From Abditibacteriaceae bacterium (GTDB lineage: Bacteria > Armatimonadota > Abditibacteriia > Abditibacteriales > Abditibacteriaceae): a stretch of 64,000 nucleotides of DNA. Within the stretch, counting starts at the first letter, position 1. Each line of letters starts with the position of its first letter. Shown piece after piece: positions 31,164 through 39,499 of this stretch. The stretch spans positions 3,072,001 through 3,136,000 of the forward strand of contig OZ255721.1 in assembly GCA_965277285.1 (NCBI GenBank). The letters are read 5' to 3'. The position numbers and the translations under genes were made by a program. The notes beneath the pieces were generated by a model. It did no database searches and had not been told where the DNA came from. It was given only the letters and a program-made list of their open reading frames with translations.

Positions 31164-32261
31164 ATGACTTTTCAAACTTTTCCCGTTTCACTTTCGGCCA
31201 TGCCTCGAACTGTCGCAGCGCCAAAATTTCGTAAGAACACGACGTTTTCTGTCGTGCGGTTTTTTCGTCCCAATCGTAAACTGCTAAGTTGGGGATTTTC
31301 GCTGGGGTTTTTGGCGATTTTGTGCGCCGTCGCGATTGTGGGCGAAACTTCTAAAGCGCAGCCGTTTGTGTGGGACGACAAAACTTTTGACTTCAAATTG
31401 CCGCCTTCGATTCGCATTTATGAAGGCGCCGCGGTTGCGGAGAATGGCGAACCGATTCATGCCTGGTACGCTGATGTGGATTACAACGATCTGGGTTTGC
31501 AGGCGCGACCTTATTTATCGAACGACCCGAAAGGCCGCGAGCCGGTGAGCCAGATGGCGCGCCGTCAAAATGCTTATGTCGCCATCAATGGTGGCTATTT
31601 CGATATGCAAAGCATTCCTGCGCGCACCTTCAGCCTGGTGTTGCAGGACAATCGAGTACTTGTTCCCAACATCGCGCGCGTGACGCGTCCAGGGCGCAAA
31701 TACGATGTGACACGCAGCGCTTTCGGCATTCGCAACGACCGCACTTTTGATGTCGCATGGATCGCGCAAATCAAAAACGATCAAGGCCAAACGTCGCTTT
31801 ATCGTTATGACGCGCCGACGCCCAATACGATGCTAACGCCCGCCGCACCGCCTTCATCAACTTTCCCCAAAGGCGCCAAAATCTGGAATGTGCAGAACGC
31901 TATCGGCGCTGGGCCGACATTGATTTCCAAAGGCCAGATCATCGACACCTTTGAAAACGAAGTCTTTTTCGGTTCGGGTTTCTTTGATAACGAGCCGTAT
32001 CCGCGCGCGGCGATTGGCTACACGGCGCGTAACCATTTGATTTTGTTTGCGACTGACGGCAAGCAACCGGATCACAGTATCGGCATGACGCTGAGCCGCC
32101 TGAGCGACGAATTACAGAAAGTTGGCTGCGTGGAAGCGATGAATCTCGATGGCGGCGGCAGCGAAACGCTGGTTGTCAACGGCGCCGCGATCAATCATCC
32201 GTCCGATGGGCGCGAACGCAACGTGTCTTCGATGCTGGCGATTGTGTCGCAAAATAAGTGA
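31164..32261 (+). CDS. Phosphodiester glycosidase (NAGPA/DUF2233) family protein
   Basis: AINGGYF, GAGPTL, PRAAIG, AMNLDGGGS; start uncertain. Confidence 0.88.
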   Translation: MTFQTFPVSLSAMPRTVAAPKFRKNTTFSVVRFFRPNRKLLSWGFSLGFLAILCAVAIVGETSKAQPFVWDDKTFDFKLPPSIRIYEGAAVAENGEPIHAWYADVDYNDLGLQARPYLSNDPKGREPVSQMARRQNAYVAINGGYFDMQSIPARTFSLVLQDNRVLVPNIARVTRPGRKYDVTRSAFGIRNDRTFDVAWIAQIKNDQGQTSLYRYDAPTPNTMLTPAAPPSSTFPKGAKIWNVQNAIGAGPTLISKGQIIDTFENEVFFGSGFFDNEPYPRAAIGYTARNHLILFATDGKQPDHSIGMTLSRLSDELQKVGCVEAMNLDGGGSETLVVNGAAINHPSDGRERNVSSMLAIVSQNK

Positions 32262-32378
32262 TGAATACGCAATATCGAGTACTCGATAGACCGCATTTTA
32301 TGATTTTAGTGTTGTCAAACGAGACTTTTTCTGCCCAATGCGTTATCGTTTCTTCATCTACTTCATAAGGATTACGAA

Positions 32379-32681
32379 ATGAATTTACAGCAAACTATTG
32401 ACGAACTGGAACAACAGGCGGCGAAATATACGGAAGCCGCTAATACATTGCGCGCTTTGCTCGGCGAGAATGTCGCATTGCCGACGGAAGAAGTCGCTTC
32501 TGTCAACGTGACGCGTCCGGGCCGCAAACCCAAAGTTGACAACGCGACCAAATCGAATGGCGCCAAAGGCAAAACCGGCAAGAAACGCGTCGTTTCCGAC
32601 GAAGTGCGCGCCCGACTTTCGGCCAGCATGAAAGCGCGCCACGCTCAACGTCGCGCCGAAAAAGATGCTGCTCAGCAATAA
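32379..32681 (+). CDS. Small basic putative nucleoid-associated DNA-binding protein
   Basis: N-terminal coiled coil, AT-hook-like RPGRKPK, C-terminal KKRVVSDEVRARLSASMKARHA (NUMOD3-like). Confidence 0.65.
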   Translation: MNLQQTIDELEQQAAKYTEAANTLRALLGENVALPTEEVASVNVTRPGRKPKVDNATKSNGAKGKTGKKRVVSDEVRARLSASMKARHAQRRAEKDAAQQ

Positions 32682-32688
32682 GTCGCGC

Positions 32689-32736
32689 GAATAGAAAGGC
32701 GGACAATCGAGTACTCGATTGTCCGCCTTTCTATTC
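32689..32736. terminator. 48-bp perfect palindrome centred on the 12-mer, probable bidirectional terminator
   Basis: GAATAGAAAGGCGGACAATCGAGT|ACTCGATTGTCCGCCTTTCTATTC between convergent genes. Confidence 0.8.
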
Positions 32737-32754
32737 TTTCTGGTCGCGCCGAAG

Positions 32755-33666
32755 TCAAACCGTCTCCGCATCGAAGTTATGCGGCACGACGACGCGCAGC
32801 GCGCCCGGAAGAATTTCTAAGTCCAGCGGTGTCGTTTCGTTGATTTCGCCATCGACACTCGCTTTCAAAGGGCGCCTCAACGATTCGACGCGCAGTTTTT
32901 GCGTGGTGAAAAAGCGCGCTTGCGGGTCATAAATGTGGCGCCCGCGGAGCCAGTGCCAGGCGGTTTTGAACAAACTTGCGCGATTGGCGCCGCCCAGCAC
33001 AAAGACATCGAAAGTGTGATCCTGCAAAGAAGCCGTCGGCGCAGCGGTAACTGGGCCGGCGACATAGCGACCATTAACGACCAACAATTGATGCGTGCGC
33101 ACGCTGTAAGTTTTCTCTGCGGCGACAACGCGCAAAACCAAAGGATGATGCGTTGCGAGGATGCGAAGCCCGACAATTGGCCACGACAATAACCCCAGTT
33201 TTCTTTTGATGTTTTCGTCCAGCGCGCCCGCGATCTCCGCCGAAAGCCCCAGCGCCACGCTGTTCAAAAAATACTGATCGTTGACGCGCCCGACATCGAT
33301 ATTTTCGATCCAGCCGCTGGCGATGGTTTTGCAGGCGTCCTCCAACTTCAAAGGAAGACCAATCGAGCGCGCGAACGTGTTGCCGGTTCCCAAAGGCAAA
33401 ACGCCCATCGCAACTTCGGTGTGAACCAGTTGTCCCGCCACATCGGACAAAGTTCCGTCGCCGCCGCCAATGATGACGAATTTGGCGTTTGCCTCGATTT
33501 CGCGCTTCAATAAGCGATTGGTTTCTTCTGGATTTTGAACGGCGTGCGCTTCGATTTCTAAACCGGCGGCGCGCAATCCTTCTTGCGCTGCGTCGAACAT
33601 CGCGCGACCTTTGCGCGAATTGGCGTTGACAAGAAGTGTGATCGGTCGGTCAGCTTGATTGCTCAT
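32755..33666 (-). CDS. YegS/Rv2252/BmrU family lipid (diacylglycerol) kinase
   Basis: LVNANSRKG, GGGDGT, PLGTGNTFAR, VDGE; start at MSNQ. Confidence 0.92.
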   Translation of the reverse strand: MSNQADRPITLLVNANSRKGRAMFDAAQEGLRAAGLEIEAHAVQNPEETNRLLKREIEANAKFVIIGGGDGTLSDVAGQLVHTEVAMGVLPLGTGNTFARSIGLPLKLEDACKTIASGWIENIDVGRVNDQYFLNSVALGLSAEIAGALDENIKRKLGLLSWPIVGLRILATHHPLVLRVVAAEKTYSVRTHQLLVVNGRYVAGPVTAAPTASLQDHTFDVFVLGGANRASLFKTAWHWLRGRHIYDPQARFFTTQKLRVESLRRPLKASVDGEINETTPLDLEILPGALRVVVPHNFDAETV

Positions 33667-34133
33667 AATCGAGTACTCGAGATGCTCCCTTCGACAATCG
33701 TTTTCAAAGCGCCATTGCGCTGCGCGATGAAACGTTTCATATAGCGAATCAAAAAGCCACGATCCGCAATTATGCCCAACCATCCCAGCGGCGAAGTCCA
33801 GCTCAAAACATCGGTCATGCGCGTGCCGTTTGGCGCTTCTTCAAATTGATGAACGTGCCGCAAACTCGCAAAAGCGCCGCTCAACATGTCATCGGCGAAA
33901 CGATGCGGCGGCTGCATTTCGACAATGCGAGAACTCAAACGCTGGCGCACAAACAAATGCGTCGCCTGGAAGGTCACTTCATCGTTCAACTCAAACAAAC
34001 CCGAACTTCGTCCGCCGACAATTTTTTCGCGCGTGTGCGATGTTGTTCGCGTGTGAAGTTTGGCATCGCGCGCCGCATCGAAAACGGCTTCCAGAGGCGC
34101 ACGGATGAACGTTTCGACGACGATTTGCGGCAT
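33663..34133 (-). CDS. SRPBCC family protein
   Basis: IRAPLEAVFD, FADDMLSGAF..LRHVHQF, TRMTD. Confidence 0.85.
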   Translation of the reverse strand: MPQIVVETFIRAPLEAVFDAARDAKLHTRTTSHTREKIVGGRSSGLFELNDEVTFQATHLFVRQRLSSRIVEMQPPHRFADDMLSGAFASLRHVHQFEEAPNGTRMTDVLSWTSPLGWLGIIADRGFLIRYMKRFIAQRNGALKTIVEGSISSTRL

Positions 34134-34154
34134 TCGAGTACTCGATGTGTAATT

Positions 34155-34242
34155 GTAGGGACGCCAGCTTGCTGCGTCCGCTTTGTGATTGGGTTCAGGG
34201 TAACTCGGACGCAGAGCGGACGCAGCAAGCTGGCGTCCCTAC
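34155..34242. repeat. GTAG-type REP doublet, family B
   Basis: GTAGGGACGCCAGCTTGCTGCGTCCGCT ... AGCGGACGCAGCAAGCTGGCGTCCCTAC. Confidence 0.88.
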
Positions 34243-34244
34243 GT

Positions 34245-35606
34245 TTAGCGCTCCAATTTATCCAGCACATACTGCTTGACTTGATCCAAATGGACGCGCT
34301 CTTGCAACATCGTGTCGCGGTCGCGGACAGTGACACTCTGGTCTTTTTCGACTGTATCGACATCGACCGTGATGCAATATGGCGTGCCAATTTCGTCCTG
34401 GCGACGATACAATTTGCCGATGCTCGCCGTGTCATCGTAAGTCGCCACGGTTTTCTTTTTGAGGTCGTGCGTCAGGTTGCGACAGACTTCCACGATGTCG
34501 TCGCGCTTTTTCAACAAAGGCAAAACCGCGACTTTGATCGGCGCCAGATCGGGATGAAACTTCAAGACCGTGCGCATATCGCCGGGCTTCACTTCTTCTT
34601 CGTGGTAGGCGTCCACCAAAAAAGCCAGCGTTCCTCGGTCGGCACCAGCCGAAGGCTCAATCACGTAAGGCACGATGTGTTCGTTGGTTTGCGGATCGAA
34701 ATAGCTCAGCTTCTGGCCGGAAAACTTCGAGTGCTGCGTCAAGTCGAAATCGGCGCGGTTGGCGATGCCTTCGAGTTCGGCGGGTTTTTCCATAAACGGA
34801 AACTGATACTCGATGTCGGTCGTGCCGGTGCTTTCGGCGCTTTGTGCATAATGCGCCAGTTCGTCTTTTTCGTGCGGGCGCAAACTGAGGTTTTCGGCTT
34901 TCATTCCCAGGTCAAGATACCATTGATAGCGCGCTTGGATCCATTCTTGGTGAATGCGCGGCGCGTCTTCGGGGCGGCAAAAGTACTCGATTTCCATTTG
35001 CTCAAATTCGCGCGTGCGGAAAGTAAAGTTGCCCGGCGTGATTTCGTTGCGAAACGCTTTGCCGATTTGCGCGATGCCAAACGGCAACTTTTTGCGTGAT
35101 GTATTCAGCACGTTGTTGAAGTTGACGAAAATGCCCTGCGCGGTTTCGGGTCGCAGATACGCCATGTTCGAGCCGTCTTCGGCCTCAACTGGCCCGACGT
35201 GCGTCTTGAACATCAGATTGAACAAGCGCGCTTCGGTCAATTGACATTGTTCGGCTTGTCCGGCCATTTTTGACGGTTTTTGCGGACAGGAAATCGTATC
35301 GAGATGATCGGCGCGAAAGCGGCCTTTGCAGGTTTTGCAATCGACTAATGGGTCGTTGAAAGTGGCGACGTGACCACTGGCTTCCCAGATTTTCGGGTGC
35401 ATCAAAATCGAGGAATCGAGGCCAACCATATCGTCGCGTTCCTGCACGACGGCGCGCCACCACGCGTTTTTGACGTTGCGCTTGAGTTCGGCGCCCAGAG
35501 GTCCATAATCCCAACAACTGGCGAAACCGCCATAAATCTCCGACGATTGAAACACAAAACCGCGCCGCTTACACAGCGAAACGACATCTTCCATCTTCAA
35601 GGCCAC
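34245..35606 (-). CDS. glyQS: Glycine--tRNA ligase (homodimeric alpha2 type)
   Basis: YLRPETAQGIF, FRNEITPGNF.FRTREFEQME, ELEGIANR, IEPSAG, YRRQDEIGTP. Confidence 0.97.
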   Translation of the reverse strand: MALKMEDVVSLCKRRGFVFQSSEIYGGFASCWDYGPLGAELKRNVKNAWWRAVVQERDDMVGLDSSILMHPKIWEASGHVATFNDPLVDCKTCKGRFRADHLDTISCPQKPSKMAGQAEQCQLTEARLFNLMFKTHVGPVEAEDGSNMAYLRPETAQGIFVNFNNVLNTSRKKLPFGIAQIGKAFRNEITPGNFTFRTREFEQMEIEYFCRPEDAPRIHQEWIQARYQWYLDLGMKAENLSLRPHEKDELAHYAQSAESTGTTDIEYQFPFMEKPAELEGIANRADFDLTQHSKFSGQKLSYFDPQTNEHIVPYVIEPSAGADRGTLAFLVDAYHEEEVKPGDMRTVLKFHPDLAPIKVAVLPLLKKRDDIVEVCRNLTHDLKKKTVATYDDTASIGKLYRRQDEIGTPYCITVDVDTVEKDQSVTVRDRDTMLQERVHLDQVKQYVLDKLER

Positions 35607-35771
35607 GTTGCGTTCTCCAATTCAAGAAAAAGTTGCTGCCAGTTTAACCAAACCCGCAATCGAGTACTCGAATCGATTTCGGTACAAAAACGACAGTAAC
35701 CTGAACTTGACGGTTTATGACTTGCAAGATATTTGACCAAAGAACCCAATCGGTTCAGGAGAAAAGTTTTC

Positions 35772-36416
35772 ATGCAAGAGATTTCACACGATGTAAATGG
35801 CGAAGATAACGTTGAAGAAGGCGCGCCAGATGTTCAAAGTCGGCGCGCTTTTCTGGGTCGCGTGGCGGTTGCAGGCGTTGGGCTGGCGACAATGGGTTTG
35901 ATGTCGTCCGTCGAAGCGGCGACGATGCCCAAGCAGCCCGAAGCGGACACGGGACACAATTATCCGATGGCCAAGCCAAACGCCCAGACCGAAGTGCAAT
36001 TCCGCATGGGCGTCATCGGCCCGGCCACGCTTTCGCTTTTGACCAGCCAGATCGCGGTCGATAAAGCGACCAGCCCGGAAGCCCGAGAATTTGCCAACTT
36101 CGAGTTGCGCGAAGCAATCGGCGTGACGACAGTTCTTAAAGAAATGAAAACGCCCGTTCCGCCGATGGATGCGACAGCGCGTACCATTCTCGCCAAAATT
36201 AAGTCGACGCCCCGAGGCCCAGCTTTCGATGAGGTGTATATGAAGGCGCAACTGGCCAATCACGAGTTTTTGCGCGACTTGGCGAACTCTTATCTGGCGA
36301 ACTCGATAGGACACACCAGCATGGCGGAAATGCACGGGCGTCATCTGGCGACTTTGACGCTGGGCACCTTCAAAGAACACGTCGTGCATTGTAAAAACTT
36401 TTTGCGCATGGCGTAA
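35772..36416 (+). CDS. Tat-exported DUF4142 (ferritin-like fold) protein
   Basis: SRRAFLG Tat motif; FDEVYMKAQLANHE. Confidence 0.7.
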   Translation: MQEISHDVNGEDNVEEGAPDVQSRRAFLGRVAVAGVGLATMGLMSSVEAATMPKQPEADTGHNYPMAKPNAQTEVQFRMGVIGPATLSLLTSQIAVDKATSPEAREFANFELREAIGVTTVLKEMKTPVPPMDATARTILAKIKSTPRGPAFDEVYMKAQLANHEFLRDLANSYLANSIGHTSMAEMHGRHLATLTLGTFKEHVVHCKNFLRMA

Positions 36417-36462
36417 CGCGACGTTCGTCACGATAGCAAAGAAGTTGCACCGACACACAACA

Positions 36463-36509
36463 AAAAGCCCGACTGCAAACTTCGCGGTCGGGCTTTTCGA
36501 GTACTCGAT
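36463..36509. terminator. Terminator fused to the 12-mer (copy 1 of a 47-bp direct repeat)
   Basis: AAAAGCCCGACTGCAAACTTCGCGGTCGGGCTTTTCGAGTACTCGAT. Confidence 0.8.
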
Positions 36510-36546
36510 CCGTTATAATCAAGCCACTTTTCGCATCGGAGAGACC

Positions 36547-37482
36547 ATGAAAACAATTCAACTCGCCGTTTTCGCACTGTGTGCTGCAAACTTTCTCGCG
36601 CCTAACGTTTGCGCTGAACCTGCCGCGCCTCCTGCGACGCAACCACCATTCTTGGTCGACTCGTCGCAAACGATGTCTATTCAACTGCGCAACATAAAGC
36701 CAAGCCTAATGGGATACTGGCTTGATCCTCAACATACGGCAATCGCGCCGAATCAAGAAGTTCCGTTGCAGGTCTCGCCACAATTTGCCGTTTTGCCCGA
36801 CGGCATCGATACGCTTACGGCTAAAGACGACACAAATGAACTCGTTGCGCGCGGCACCAAGGAAGGCATTGAACAATTGCGCAAAACCATCGCGCTGTTG
36901 GACAAACCAATTCCGCAGATTGAAATCGAAATACAATCGGTAGAGGTTCCTAAATCGCTGGTGTCCACGGACGGGTTTGCGAAAAAACCGTCATCCAATC
37001 CCGACATCGAAGCGTTTGACGGCCAAGGAATCGTCCAGCTCACTGCGGCTGGCAAAGCGAAAATTGTCCAAGCGCCGAGAGTCACGACTTTCAACAAAGC
37101 GCACACCATGATGGTGTCAGTGACGAGCCACACAATGTTTGCAGGGCCGGTGGATGCCGAAGGGAAATCGAAGCGTTCCATCACGATTGGAATCGGGCAA
37201 AAGTTCTCTGCTACGCCCACTCTCAATCGTGATGGAACAATTGCGCTCGACCTCGATTGTGTCGATGGCTTTTTTCAAAGCGACAGCTCAAGAGCGAAAA
37301 ATATCACGCCTTTGTCCAGCCCATCCAACCGGACGATTCAAACCAGCGTAAATCTGAATAGCGACGACACTATCGCGTTATTCAACGAGAAAGAGCAAGA
37401 CAATTCTGACAACGCGTGGGTTTTGTTGGTAAAAGCCAGCCGTTTTTCGCTTCCTCAAGACGGAACATCCAGCAACCATTAA
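36547..37482 (+). CDS. Short secretin-like protein (NolW-like domain plus reduced secretin C-domain)
   Basis: Signal peptide; NELVARGT.EGIEQLRKTIALLDKPIPQIEIE; KIVQAPRVTTFN; ATPTLNRDGTI. Confidence 0.65.
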   Translation: MKTIQLAVFALCAANFLAPNVCAEPAAPPATQPPFLVDSSQTMSIQLRNIKPSLMGYWLDPQHTAIAPNQEVPLQVSPQFAVLPDGIDTLTAKDDTNELVARGTKEGIEQLRKTIALLDKPIPQIEIEIQSVEVPKSLVSTDGFAKKPSSNPDIEAFDGQGIVQLTAAGKAKIVQAPRVTTFNKAHTMMVSVTSHTMFAGPVDAEGKSKRSITIGIGQKFSATPTLNRDGTIALDLDCVDGFFQSDSSRAKNITPLSSPSNRTIQTSVNLNSDDTIALFNEKEQDNSDNAWVLLVKASRFSLPQDGTSSNH

Positions 37483-37497
37483 ATTGAACCGATAACG

Positions 37498-37544
37498 AAA
37501 AGCCCGACTGCAAACTGTGCAGTCGGGCTTTTCGAGTACTCGAT
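37498..37544. terminator. Terminator fused to the 12-mer (copy 2 of the 47-bp direct repeat)
   Basis: AAAAGCCCGACTGCAAACTGTGCAGTCGGGCTTTTCGAGTACTCGAT. Confidence 0.8.
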
Positions 37545-37546
37545 TC

Positions 37547-38470
37547 TTAGCGATTCATTGTAGAACTCGATGAAGATGACATTGTCGAGGACGACGATGA
37601 GGACGACATCGAACCTGATTGCATCGAACCATCAGACGACATCATCGAAGAATCGGTGGACATCGGAGACGAGGGCAAGCCCGTTGTCACGATGTATGGT
37701 GACGCGCGCATGACGACTTGCATCGCGGTGAACGGTACTTCTTTGGCCGCAGGTGCGAAAGTGCGTCCGCTGAGCCAGCGAATCAAGCCGGTGTGACGCG
37801 CTTCAATGCCGTAAATCGAAGCGGCAAACTGCAGGTTGGCAGGCAATGCCACTTTGGGAGCCGCGCCCGAATAAGCGCCGACGCCGGTTTCTTCGAGCGC
37901 TGTCGAAAGCGTCAAAAAGCCGGTTTGCGAAATGAACACGTTCTCGGGAAACTGGAAGCTGGGCTTTTCAATCGGCGTGCCGCCCAGACTGCGAATCTGC
38001 GAAGTCACAGCGACGACGTGCGCCGCTTCATCGCTCGCCAGTTTTCCTGCCGCAAACTTCACGCGATCATCGTGCAGATAAGGACGCGCTGTATCGGCTG
38101 CCACGACGCGCGCGTAGAAATCGGCTTCGAGATGTTCCAAAACCAGCGCAAAGTTGAAAATTTCAACATCGTTCGACAAGTTCGCCAGCGTGCCGAACGG
38201 GTTTTCAACCGTCGCGCCCGGAATCGGCATCGTCGCTGTGCTCATCATGGCGTCGCTCATCGGCGCCGTAGCTGGCGTCGTGTCAGTATGCCTGTGGTGC
38301 CTGCGGGCTTCTGCGGGCAAGGCCAATCCCAGAACGCTTGTCGCCAGCACTGCGCCGCCGGTCAAGGCGCCAGCGCGCGTGATGAGATCGCGGCGCGACA
38401 AACCTTTTTCGCTTGCGGCAATAGCGGTCGGTACGGCGTTTGGTGAAGTGTTATCCATTTGAGTACTCAT
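37547..38470 (-). CDS. Tat-exported ferritin-like domain protein (Ferritin_2)
   Basis: SRRDLI Tat; NFALVLEHLEADFY, DEAAH, LEETGVGAY, IEARH; Ser/Met-rich tail. Confidence 0.85.
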   Translation of the reverse strand: MSTQMDNTSPNAVPTAIAASEKGLSRRDLITRAGALTGGAVLATSVLGLALPAEARRHHRHTDTTPATAPMSDAMMSTATMPIPGATVENPFGTLANLSNDVEIFNFALVLEHLEADFYARVVAADTARPYLHDDRVKFAAGKLASDEAAHVVAVTSQIRSLGGTPIEKPSFQFPENVFISQTGFLTLSTALEETGVGAYSGAAPKVALPANLQFAASIYGIEARHTGLIRWLSGRTFAPAAKEVPFTAMQVVMRASPYIVTTGLPSSPMSTDSSMMSSDGSMQSGSMSSSSSSSTMSSSSSSTMNR

Positions 38471-39225
38471 TATCGCGGGCCTCCTTTCAAGCCGTATCCG
38501 CCGCCATTGAAGCCGTATTTCGCCAACTTGTGGCCGACTTCATCGGGATACATGCGCGTTTCAAAGGGCGAGGGAACTGGATCCATACCATTGATTTCGC
38601 GCAAAACCGCCGCATGACGACCTTCGACTCCGGCGATTGCGGCGGCCAGCATCAAGGTGTCTTTGGCGACAATATCGACCGCGCCGTGATAAGCGTAGAG
38701 GACGGTTTGCTTGATGTCGAGCGCCGTATCGAACAAGTGCGCACGCGAGTTAAAGGCATCGCCGAAAGAAAACAATCCCGGGCGGCGCGAGGACGAAGCG
38801 TTCGGCGTTTCCAGGTTGCCTGCGCTTTTATAAGCGTGGCTTTGGCGGAACTTGCCGATCTCTTCAAAATGCTGCTTGTCTTCATACGCAATCGTGGTGA
38901 AAACATCTTGTTCGCGGTCGGTGAGAAGACTGTAGGCGCGCGAATCGAGCGAGCGGCGGAAGAATTCGCTTTCCAATTCTTCCATTTCGTAAGCGAAGTT
39001 GACGACCAACGGGTCGAGGTACAGAAAACCTTTGAGGCCGCGCAATGTGTCAGCTTGCGCGGGCGCGGCGCCCAACGAAGAACCCAGCAACAATCCGGCG
39101 GCGCTAACTGCCGCGCCCATCGCCAAAAGCTGGCGGCGCTGCGGCGAAGCGACATCAAGCGAGGCCGCATCAAGCGAGGCCACATCGGAAGGTGTCGCGT
39201 CCGGTGAAACATCTGTTCGGGACAT
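38470..39225 (-). CDS. Tat-exported ferritin-like domain protein (Ferritin_2)
   Basis: RBS AAGGAG; QRRQLL Tat; NFAYEMEELE, AYHGA, IAGVEGRHAAV. Confidence 0.8.
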   Translation of the reverse strand: MSRTDVSPDATPSDVASLDAASLDVASPQRRQLLAMGAAVSAAGLLLGSSLGAAPAQADTLRGLKGFLYLDPLVVNFAYEMEELESEFFRRSLDSRAYSLLTDREQDVFTTIAYEDKQHFEEIGKFRQSHAYKSAGNLETPNASSSRRPGLFSFGDAFNSRAHLFDTALDIKQTVLYAYHGAVDIVAKDTLMLAAAIAGVEGRHAAVLREINGMDPVPSPFETRMYPDEVGHKLAKYGFNGGGYGLKGGPR

Positions 39226-39499
39226 GAATCTCTCCTTGCGAAAATAGAACGGCAAACGGCAAAAGCCAACAATCGAGCTATTGTCTCGCCCCTATCTTAA
39301 CACGTCAAACTCCGTTTTTCATGCCATTTTTGACAGAACATGACAAATAGAGGATATTGGTCATTTATTGGACAGAAAATGACCAATAGAGCAAGCTGAT
39401 GCGACCAGAATTGGAACTTGCCAGCTCCTGCTCTTGTTTATCAAAACGATGGTGCCAAGCATCAATGTTAAACTTCCAACGTTTACCAAACCCTCGATT

